Shown here piece by piece: positions 39,968-47,064 of a stretch of 64,000 nucleotides of DNA. Source of the DNA: Pseudomonadota bacterium (lineage in GTDB: Bacteria > Pseudomonadota > Alphaproteobacteria > Rhizobiales > Methyloligellaceae); the NCBI GenBank assembly GCA_039177935.1, contig JBCDFN010000012.1:11001-75000 (forward strand), in the 5' to 3' direction. The translations under genes were made by a program, and so were the position numbers. Under the pieces are notes generated by a model that saw only the letters and a program-made list of their open reading frames with translations, ran no database searches and was not told where the DNA came from. Numbering within the stretch: the stretch's first letter is position 1; each line of letters opens with the position of its first letter.

Positions 39968-40057
39968 GGAGGGGTGGCCGAGTGGTTGAAGGCACCGGTC
40001 TTGAAAACCGGCAGGCGGGCGACCGTCTCGTGGGTTCGAATCCCACCCCCTCCGCCA
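39968..40057 (+). tRNA. tRNA-Ser (anticodon UGA), class II with a long variable arm and encoded CCA
   Basis: The sequence is GGAGGGGTGGCCGAGTGGTTGAAGGCACCGGTCTTGAAAACCGGCAGGCGGGCGACCGTCTCGTGGGTTCGAATCCCACCCCCTCCGCCA. The acceptor stem GGAGGGG/CCCCTCC pairs, the anticodon loop is CU-UGA-AA, and the T-loop is GGTTCGAATCC. Confidence 0.95.
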
Positions 40058-40085
40058 CAGGCGCCGCACGTATCTGGTACGGCTT

Positions 40086-41384
40086 CTATCCGAATACTTG
40101 TTCGGTGATTGTGCGGTACCAATCCGTTCCGTAGTCGGCTTCCTCGCGGCGAAACTCCGCGGAGGCGTGGATCGGACTGATGCCCCCTGCGCCCTCAATG
40201 GACTCGATACGCTGCTCGCCTGGCTCGTAGACGCCCGCGATTGAGATGCCGTAACCGGGTCCCACGAGGCTGTAGCAGGTATTGAGAAGCTTCGTGCGAA
40301 GTGGCGGTTCGCCGTTCAGCAGACGCGCGATTTGGATGGCGCAGACCTTCCCTTGCGAGTTCGCAGAGAAGGCGGATTTCGGCATTGCTCCGGCAATTGA
40401 GGCATCGCCCAACACATGAATTCCCGGCTGCAGGGTCGACTCGAACGTGAGCGGATCGATGGGACACCACCCGGTCTCGTCGGCAAGCCCAGTCGTCTGA
40501 GCGATGTGGCCTGCGCGCTGCGGCGGGATGACATTCGCCACGTCGACCTGAATTTCCTTGGACTCGGTTACCAGGGTCATTTCTTTTGGCTTCACCGCGA
40601 TCACGGGTCCGTAGTCGAGAACGCTGTGCCACTCAATCAGATCGCCATAGAGTTCTGCCCAGGCGCGCTGAAAGAGAATCTGCTTCGAGAAGTACTCTTT
40701 GGGATCGAGAACCAGAAGCTTTGAACGCGGCTTATGCGTCTTCAAATAGTTCGCAATCAGGCTGGCTCGTTCATAGGGCCCTGGCGGACAGCGGAAAGGA
40801 TTCGTAGGCGGTGCGATCGCAACGACGCCCCCGTCCGGCATCTCCTCAAGTTGTTTGCGCAAGAGCTGCGTCTGTGGACCGGCTTCCCAGGCATGGGGCA
40901 TCAATGCCGCTGCGGCGCGATCGTAGCCGGGGAGCGCATTCCAGATGATTTCGATGCCCGGCGCCATCACGAGCCTCTCGTAGGGAAACTCCAGATCGCT
41001 CTCGGTCCGAACAGTCTTGGCCACAGGATCGACCCGCGTCGCGCGCTCGAAGACCATACGGATGCCCGTCGCCGCAACGCCGTCATAGCCGAAGCTGATC
41101 GCCGAGAAGGGGCGCAAGCCGCCAATCACCAGATTGCTGAAAGGGCACGAATAGAACGTGCGGCGCGGCTCGATCACCGTCACGTCGATGGAGGGATCTG
41201 CCTTTCGCAAAAAACGCGCAACCGTCGCCCCGCCATACCCGCCGCCGATCACGACCACGCGCGCCTGCGCGCTTCGAGTTGACGCCCCTAGGGCCGGGAA
41301 GGTTGCAAGGCCGGATGCGGTCAGCAATGAAGCGGCGCCGGCGAGAACCTCGCGACGGTTTAGTTTTGGTGTGTTCGTGCTCAT
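40086..41384 (-). CDS. fccB: Flavocytochrome c sulfide dehydrogenase, flavoprotein subunit (Tat-exported)
   Basis: 432-aa ORF with the Tat motif NRREVLAGAA and VVVIGGGYGGAT. It also contains HAWEAGPQTQLLRKQLEEMPDGGVVAIAPPTNPFRCPPGPYERAS and SANSQGKVCA, which closely resemble Allochromatium FccB as I remember it. Confidence 0.9.
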   Translation of the reverse strand: MSTNTPKLNRREVLAGAASLLTASGLATFPALGASTRSAQARVVVIGGGYGGATVARFLRKADPSIDVTVIEPRRTFYSCPFSNLVIGGLRPFSAISFGYDGVAATGIRMVFERATRVDPVAKTVRTESDLEFPYERLVMAPGIEIIWNALPGYDRAAAALMPHAWEAGPQTQLLRKQLEEMPDGGVVAIAPPTNPFRCPPGPYERASLIANYLKTHKPRSKLLVLDPKEYFSKQILFQRAWAELYGDLIEWHSVLDYGPVIAVKPKEMTLVTESKEIQVDVANVIPPQRAGHIAQTTGLADETGWCPIDPLTFESTLQPGIHVLGDASIAGAMPKSAFSANSQGKVCAIQIARLLNGEPPLRTKLLNTCYSLVGPGYGISIAGVYEPGEQRIESIEGAGGISPIHASAEFRREEADYGTDWYRTITEQVFG

Positions 41385-41514
41385 AGGCTGCGCCTCTGCG
41401 GGACCATCGTGCCGCCCTCAAGCCCGGGCGTCGAAAGGTCTCCAAGAAGAGCAGGCCAAAGCCCAAGCCACCAATCACGGCACGTCACAATCCGGTGGCT
41501 GATGAGACGGGCAA

Positions 41515-41880
41515 TCACTTGCCAGGACCGTCCGCGCTCATCGCCCGCTGTTCGGAGAGGTAGGCGGCCAGAACATCGATCTCGGCCGGGCTATAGCCCT
41601 TTGCGAGCCGGTTCATGATTGTCCCCGTACGCTTGTCCGCACGATAGGCCAGCATTGCATCGCGAATCTCTGCAGCGGGGCGGCCATAGATTTGAGGAAA
41701 CACAGCCTCGCCGACCGCATTTGTGTCATCCGAGGTAACTTTGCGATGGCAGCCCGAACAGCTCTCAGCCAGCATCTCGGCGCTTGCCAACGCCTCCTGT
41801 TGCTGGGCAGCAGCTGTCGTAACGACCGCGGGCGTGAGATATAAGAGCACCAGAAGTAGTGCCGCGGGACGAAATGTCAT
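41515..41880 (-). CDS. fccA: Monohaem c-type cytochrome, partner subunit of sulfide dehydrogenase
   Basis: 121-aa ORF with a signal peptide and a single CSGCH haem-binding motif. It lies immediately upstream of fccB on the same strand. Confidence 0.78.
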   Translation of the reverse strand: MTFRPAALLLVLLYLTPAVVTTAAAQQQEALASAEMLAESCSGCHRKVTSDDTNAVGEAVFPQIYGRPAAEIRDAMLAYRADKRTGTIMNRLAKGYSPAEIDVLAAYLSEQRAMSADGPGK

Positions 41881-42056
41881 GCAGCAACTTTGCCTGATTT
41901 TGGCCTTAGGGCAAGGCGTTGAACAGCACTGCTCTTGCTGCGAGCCGTGTTCAGCGAGGCCGGCAACACGTGAAGGCTTGGCGCTGGATGATCGTCAGGC
42001 CCGCGGCATCATGGCTCTCAACTATGATCACGCACGGCGACCCTTAGTACCTACCG

Positions 42057-42100
42057 TCAAAATAGTGGGCCCCGGCGCGGGGGAAGAACACGCCGGGGCC
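42057..42100 (-). terminator. Strong GC hairpin followed by a T-tract; probable intrinsic terminator separating the upstream unit from the fccAB promoter
   Basis: The minus strand reads GGCCCCGGCG-N13-CGCCGGGGCC (perfect 10-bp stem, coordinates 42068-42100) followed by CACTATTTTGA. Confidence 0.55.
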
Positions 42101-42436
42101 AAAATAAAGTCGCGGAACGTCAGCTTTATGGGGGGCGCACATGTCCCGCGATGTGTCTCAGTAGGGGAAAGGCCTGACGGGAGTACCTCAAACCGCCAGG
42201 CCCTGCCCCCAAATCAACACTTTTGATAATACCAATTCGATCTCACATCGCTCATCGGAAACCTGGGGCCGTTCCATCGGAAATGGCGTAAGACGTCTAT
42301 TGCTCGCCGCCGCGTGCACGCTTCGCGTATCGGCACTCGTATTCGGTCATCAACTATCAAAGAGGGTATAGGTGCCCCTGGTCTTCCGCGATGTCTTCGA
42401 GATGAAATCCAAATGTCTCCGAGGGAGTACGCGGCG

Positions 42437-42943
42437 CTAGCTCCCGGCCTTTGGCTTATGCATTTCAATGTCGAACCCCTCGTCCGCCGACGGTGGCACA
42501 AAGTGCCGAGTGATCTGGTCGAACTGCGCGTCGGTTGGCGCGAAAGCATGACTGCCCTCTTCATTGCGGCGGCGAAGCCGGACACGGCACACCTCTTCGG
42601 GCAGATCGAGAAAATGTAGGCGATGCCCGCAGCCTGCGTTCTTAAAGATCTCCCGCATAAAGAGCCGCGCATCAATCGTGTTCGCCTGAAAATCTGCAAC
42701 GACGGACACACCGGTACGCAATAGCGCTATCAGGTGCGGCGCTAGGACAGCCCGGAGACGACTTGAGCACCGCACATAGTCCTCGATGGATTTCATCTCG
42801 TCGCCGAATAGTCCGGCGAGCCACTCGTCTTCTCGCACGATAACCGTGTGTGGCGCCTGTCCCAGCGACGTTGCGAGCGTCGACTTGCCTGCCGCAATCT
42901 TGCCGACGAAGAAATGTAGTACCGGCTTCTCTCTCGCACTCAT
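42437..42943 (-). CDS. P-loop NTPase/kinase (AAA_33-like small kinase fold)
   Basis: The ATG at 42943 is preceded by AGGTG and gives MSAREKPVLHFFVGKIAAGKSTLA (Walker A). The protein is about 168 aa. Substrate unknown. Confidence 0.72.
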   Translation of the reverse strand: MSAREKPVLHFFVGKIAAGKSTLATSLGQAPHTVIVREDEWLAGLFGDEMKSIEDYVRCSSRLRAVLAPHLIALLRTGVSVVADFQANTIDARLFMREIFKNAGCGHRLHFLDLPEEVCRVRLRRRNEEGSHAFAPTDAQFDQITRHFVPPSADEGFDIEMHKPKAGS

Positions 42944-42986
42944 ATCCACACCTAACTAGGGTCCCATCGAAGAGCGGCTATCACCT

Positions 42987-43481
42987 ATGGATGAAGTATG
43001 TCCTGGCTGCAGCGCTTGTCTCCCCGCGATTGACGGACCGGTCCACAAATACATGACCTCGTCGGCTGCGTGTTTTGCCGCCTTCAATGAGATCCTAGCC
43101 GCTGAGTACAGCTCCGCACTTCTCATGCGGGATCACTCACTGACCGTGGATGCCTATGCGGCGCAGCACCCCGGCGATCCGTCGGAACGCCGCTGCGTCC
43201 AATCGGTAGGCTTGCATCTTGCCCGGCTCTATATGGCGCTTGAGCGAAACGCCCGGCCACAGGATCTCAATGCCATTATGTTGCGCTTCAGCAAAAGCAA
43301 GACCAGCCTGCGTGCGCTGACGGCACCGCCCAAGTTTCAGATAACCGCGTCGGATGTCGCGCCGTTCGCCGGCACACCACACCATGTCAGTAAGACCCGC
43401 GACTGGGCCTTGGCAACGTGGCAAGACTGGTCAGATCATCACGACTACATTGCGCGCTGGGCCGATGCACATGCTGCATGA
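42987..43481 (+). CDS. Hypothetical protein with an N-terminal CPGC motif (resembles the DUF5946 family from memory)
   Basis: 164-aa ORF starting MDEVCPGCSACLPAIDGPVHKYMTSSAACFAAFNEILAAEYS...LTVDAYAAQHPG. No Shine-Dalgarno sequence is visible, and the start lies only 43 bp from the divergent kinase start. Confidence 0.55.
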   Translation: MDEVCPGCSACLPAIDGPVHKYMTSSAACFAAFNEILAAEYSSALLMRDHSLTVDAYAAQHPGDPSERRCVQSVGLHLARLYMALERNARPQDLNAIMLRFSKSKTSLRALTAPPKFQITASDVAPFAGTPHHVSKTRDWALATWQDWSDHHDYIARWADAHAA

Positions 43482-43484
43482 CAT

Positions 43485-43527
43485 GATCCAAGGCGCTTGA
43501 TCCAAGGCGCTTAATCCAAGGCGCTTG
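43485..43527. repeat. Tandem repeat, three copies of a 14-bp unit ((G/A)ATCCAAGGCGCTT)
   Basis: Read directly as gatccaaggcgctt gatccaaggcgctt aatccaaggcgctt g. It fills the 54-bp gap between convergent stop codons. Confidence 0.9.
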
Positions 43528-43535
43528 CAAGTATT

Positions 43536-44630
43536 CTACACACCGGACTTAGGCGGTTCGCCCGGAAGCCCCAGTACGGGACCGTGCACGAAGTCCTTAC
43601 TCAAATCCGCGGTGCTCCGCTCGCCTACAAAGTCGAAATTTTCTTCCAACCATTGTTTAGCTTCCTGCTCGCCATCTTTTCTCAGTGTCTCGAAGAACTC
43701 GGGGCTCGTGTCGCGCTTGGTCGCGTTGCTATAGCGGGCGAGCGCAGCTGTGCCGTCGATACGATGTAGGCGACTGAGCTGAAACTTGCTGCCATCGACA
43801 ATGTTCTGCTCAATTAAGTTGGACATCAGGAAGATGGAGCGGAGCTCCTTTATCAGCGAAGCGTTGAACATAATCTCACTCTCGCGCTGCACCACATCCC
43901 ACGGGGTCTCCGGAATGGACTTGCGAAAGTCCGGGTTGACTTGGATTAGGAGCACATCGCTCGACTCGGGCCCTTCAAAGAACGGCCAGAGCGGCGGATT
44001 GGCGACATAGCCGCCATCCCAATATGGCTCGCCCTCCACATGCACCGCTTGAAAGAGATGCGGCAGCGCCGCCGACGCCAGCACGACATTGGTCGTGATC
44101 TCATGATTGACAAAGATGCGGCCACGCCCCGTCCTTACATTCGTCGCACCAAGGAAAATCTGAACTGACTGCGTCTTCCGAAGACGTTCAAAGTCAACGA
44201 CCTCGTTCAACAGCTCCCCAAGCGGATTGATGTCCAGCGGATTGGCCCCGAAGGGCGACATCGCTGTTGCTTCGTCCATCGCTTGCTCGCCAAAACCGTA
44301 GGCGTCGAACCCCTTGAATTTCCAGTAGTTCGTTATGGCATCGACCACCTCATAGACGGCTGTGCCTATGCCGCCTTCAGAGCTCACGCCATTCCAGAAC
44401 TTCTTAAGATTCTCGCGCGCCGCTTCGGGTCCTCCTTTAAGGAATCCATCCGCAAGGACGACGGCGTTCATCGCACCGGCACTTGTGCCGGAAACGGCCT
44501 CGATCGTGATCCGCCCATCGGCAAGGATCTGGTCGAGCGCGCCCCACGTAAACGCTCCGTGAGCGCCGCCCCCCTGAAGCGCGAACGACATCGGTTTAGG
44601 ACGATCTGTAGACGAACTGCCTTCCGCCAT
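43536..44630 (-). CDS. Patatin-like phospholipase family protein (with a DUF3734-type C-terminal region)
   Basis: 364-aa ORF with the oxyanion motif LQGGGAHGAFTWG, the nucleophile GTSAG and a catalytic Asp region DGG. Confidence 0.85.
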   Translation of the reverse strand: MAEGSSSTDRPKPMSFALQGGGAHGAFTWGALDQILADGRITIEAVSGTSAGAMNAVVLADGFLKGGPEAARENLKKFWNGVSSEGGIGTAVYEVVDAITNYWKFKGFDAYGFGEQAMDEATAMSPFGANPLDINPLGELLNEVVDFERLRKTQSVQIFLGATNVRTGRGRIFVNHEITTNVVLASAALPHLFQAVHVEGEPYWDGGYVANPPLWPFFEGPESSDVLLIQVNPDFRKSIPETPWDVVQRESEIMFNASLIKELRSIFLMSNLIEQNIVDGSKFQLSRLHRIDGTAALARYSNATKRDTSPEFFETLRKDGEQEAKQWLEENFDFVGERSTADLSKDFVHGPVLGLPGEPPKSGV

Positions 44631-44825
44631 GTCTCCCCTCCGTCAGTCGGGCCGGCATAAGCAGACCTATTGGCTATAGGCCCGCAACAACGCAGGGACC
44701 TGACGACTTGGTTCTGACAAGGAAGTTACTGGGGCGGCAAGCCCACCTGATGAGTTTCAAGCCACGCCAAACGTCATTTCCATCGAGCGTGACGCCAAAG
44801 ACACAGATCGATTGTAGCGCGACCG

Positions 44826-45365
44826 TTAACGGATGTTCGGCGCACGATATTCCGGCAGGCCGGGATCGGCAGCCCGATAGCTTTCAATCTGTTGCCGGGC
44901 CTCTGCAAGTTGCTCGGAGCTCATCTCACCGGCAAGCTCTTGCTTATTCGTCAGTGCGCGCTCGCGATGGCTGTACTCTGCGGCCTGGTACCCATCGGCA
45001 GCCAGAGTGAACCACTTATAGGCGGCGACAGGGTCCTTCGGTACACCTCGGCCGTTCTTGAGAAGGACGCCTAAGTTGTTCTGCGCATTTGGATGACCGA
45101 GTTCAGCTGCCTGGCCGTACCATTTCGCCGCTTCCGCATCATCCTTCGGCACGCCTTGCCCGCGTTCATGCATGAAGCCAATCATGTATAGCGCGTACCG
45201 ATCTCCCTCCTTGGCAAAGGGGGTCATCGCCTTGATCGCTTCGGCATAATCGCCGCGATAGTAATTCGCCATCGCGCGTTCAAGAGCCTGAGCCGATGCG
45301 GGGGCGCTCATACCGAAGGTAAGACCGCAAGCGACGGCAGTGGCCAAGAGTGTCGATTTCATCAT
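44826..45365 (-). CDS. Secreted Sel1-like (SLR/TPR-type) repeat protein
   Basis: 179-aa ORF with the signal peptide MMKSTLLATAVACGLTFGMSAPASA. It carries repeated Sel1 signatures such as YMIGFMHERGQGVPKDDAEAAKWY and NNLGVLLKNGRGVPKDPVAAYKWF. Confidence 0.82.
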   Translation of the reverse strand: MMKSTLLATAVACGLTFGMSAPASAQALERAMANYYRGDYAEAIKAMTPFAKEGDRYALYMIGFMHERGQGVPKDDAEAAKWYGQAAELGHPNAQNNLGVLLKNGRGVPKDPVAAYKWFTLAADGYQAAEYSHRERALTNKQELAGEMSSEQLAEARQQIESYRAADPGLPEYRAPNIR

Positions 45366-45535
45366 GGGTTTCCCCTAACGATTTGACTAATTGTTACGCA
45401 ACAGCTCGGCCCTTGGATCAATCGGCAATCCGAGGTCTGCGCGAAGATGCTGCTCCACCTGCATGCAGCGGTCATGTTTCTTTAGGACAATCAGAATCAC
45501 TTGTTGGGAGGCTGCTGTCAGCCTATGGACGGGGC

Positions 45536-45718
45536 ATGGAAAAAGATAAGAAAAACCGTGATTTAAAGCTGGAGGCGTTCCTTGCACGTGAAAGCGCGCG
45601 ACGGAAACGGGCTTCGCACCTTACCGAATCGACCAAAGCCGTCGACGAGGATATTGATCGCTTGGTCGAGGAGGAGCGGATCAGGCGGGATACCCAGGAG
45701 GAGTCCAAGAAGCGATAG
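45536..45718 (+). CDS. Possible small, highly charged protein (60 aa)
   Basis: An internal ATG of the track ORF 45350..45718 gives MEKDKKNRDLKLEAFLARESARRKRASHLTESTKAVDEDIDRLVEEERIRRDTQEESKKR. The RBS is weak and no family is recognised. Confidence 0.3.
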   Translation: MEKDKKNRDLKLEAFLARESARRKRASHLTESTKAVDEDIDRLVEEERIRRDTQEESKKR

Positions 45719-45771
45719 GCATTGGGCCGACCCGCAGACTCCCCTGCTCAGACCCCCTATCCTCCTGCGAC

Positions 45772-46269
45772 ATGCTTATCCGCCCCGAAGCTCCCGCAGA
45801 CGAACCCGCCATTGACCGTGTATTGCGGGAGGCCTTTGCGGCCCGCTCACACACTAACCATGCGGAGGTGGCCATCGTCCGTGCACTGCGGGACCACGGC
45901 GATCTGACTCTGTCCTTCGTTGCCGAAGTATCCGAGACCATTGTCGGACACATCGCCTTCTCGCCGGTCTGCATTGCGGGCCAGGATGATCGTTGGCTCG
46001 GCCTTGGCCCGCTTGCGGTTCAACCCGAGGCTCAGCGGCAAGGGTTTGGCTCCGCACTTGTCCGCCATGGGCTTGCGGAGTTGCGCCTTCGGGGCGACGC
46101 GGGCTGCGTCGTGCTCGGCGACCCGCAGTATTACAGCCGCTTCGGATTTCTGAGTGACGGCCGCCTGCATTACAAGAATGTGCCCTCGCGCTTCGTGCAA
46201 CGGATCGTCTTGCGTGGCGAACCACTTACTGGCGACATTACTTACGCGCGCGCCTTTGATTTGGCCTAG
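45772..46269 (+). CDS. GNAT-family N-acetyltransferase (YhbS-like)
   Basis: 165-aa ORF with MLIRPEAPADEPAIDRV and the acetyl-CoA motif VQPEAQRQGFGSALVRHGL. Confidence 0.85.
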   Translation: MLIRPEAPADEPAIDRVLREAFAARSHTNHAEVAIVRALRDHGDLTLSFVAEVSETIVGHIAFSPVCIAGQDDRWLGLGPLAVQPEAQRQGFGSALVRHGLAELRLRGDAGCVVLGDPQYYSRFGFLSDGRLHYKNVPSRFVQRIVLRGEPLTGDITYARAFDLA

Positions 46270-46329
46270 ACGAGAGTCAAGCATGCCGCGCGCTTTCAAT
46301 CAGGCGGCGATTGGCTCGAATCTAAAGAA

Positions 46330-47064
46330 CTAACGCTTCGGGAAGTTGGGCCGGTCTTCGTTGTAATTGGCCTCAAGGTAATCGAGGACAACCTCACGGT
46401 CTTGGTTGGACAGGGGCGCCATGCCCTGTTCCTCGATCATCCAGTCGAGTGCCGTGTCCCACCGCTTCCGGGTCTTGCCTTGTTGGACGATGATCATTTC
46501 CGAATGGCACGGCGTGCAGAGCGCATAGGTCTTCTCGACACCTGGCGCATCGACCATCAAACCGAAGTCTCGCTTCTTGTTGGCATCCGACGCGGCAGCT
46601 TCCGCTTCCGCAAGCTCGGGATCGAGACCGATCGGCAACGGGTTCGCGCTATTCTGGTTGAGGTAAGCAATCAGGTCCGAACGTTCCGCATCGTCCGTGA
46701 CACCAGGAACCATCATGCGCGTACCCGGCACGGTGCCCGCCGGATCGGTTAGGAACTCGTCGAGACGCTCCAACTCCCAAGTCCCGCCGTACTCTTGCAG
46801 TGCCTCGCTGTAGCGAAAGTCTTCGTCGCTTGCGACCGGGCGGTTGATGATGCCCCAAAGATTGGGACCGATCTTGTCGCGTCCGCCTTCTTCGACCGTG
46901 TGGCATGTACTACAGCGCAGGAAGACTTCTTGTCCTTTCGCCGGGTTTGCCTTCGCCAGGCGATCGTCCAGCGTCTGGGCCGGCGCAGCCTGCAATCCGG
47001 CCAGCAGCGCGCAGGCGCCCAACATTGGTACCGATAGAAAGCGACTACGCAAACTAGACCACAT
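46330..47064 (-). CDS. Periplasmic c-type cytochrome with two CxxCH motifs; probable electron acceptor of the adjacent SorA-like enzyme
   Basis: The ATG at 47064 gives MWSSLRSRFLSVPMLGACALLAGLQAAPA, a signal peptide. The N-terminal cytochrome c2-like domain has CSTCH and GTRMMVPG. After an acidic linker comes a second domain with CTPCHS. The track ORF 46330..47223 is over-extended. Confidence 0.75.
   Translation of the reverse strand: MWSSLRSRFLSVPMLGACALLAGLQAAPAQTLDDRLAKANPAKGQEVFLRCSTCHTVEEGGRDKIGPNLWGIINRPVASDEDFRYSEALQEYGGTWELERLDEFLTDPAGTVPGTRMMVPGVTDDAERSDLIAYLNQNSANPLPIGLDPELAEAEAAASDANKKRDFGLMVDAPGVEKTYALCTPCHSEMIIVQQGKTRKRWDTALDWMIEEQGMAPLSNQDREVVLDYLEANYNEDRPNFPKR

Noticed and set aside
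39932-40198. 88-aa minus-strand ORF covering the tRNA-Ser gene
   Set aside because: It is antisense to a canonical tRNA and runs into the fccB 3' end, so it is an artefact.
42214-42711. 165-aa minus-strand ORF overlapping the P-loop kinase gene out of frame
   Set aside because: The kinase frame carries a Walker A motif and a good RBS. The overlapping frame has no signature and continues into AT-richer non-coding DNA.
42951-42963. 13-mer CCTAACTAGGGTC shared with 55551-55563, both in divergent promoter regions
   Set aside because: Roughly tens of identical 13-mer pairs are expected by chance in 64 kb (about N squared over 4^13), so a single shared 13-mer carries no weight without further evidence.
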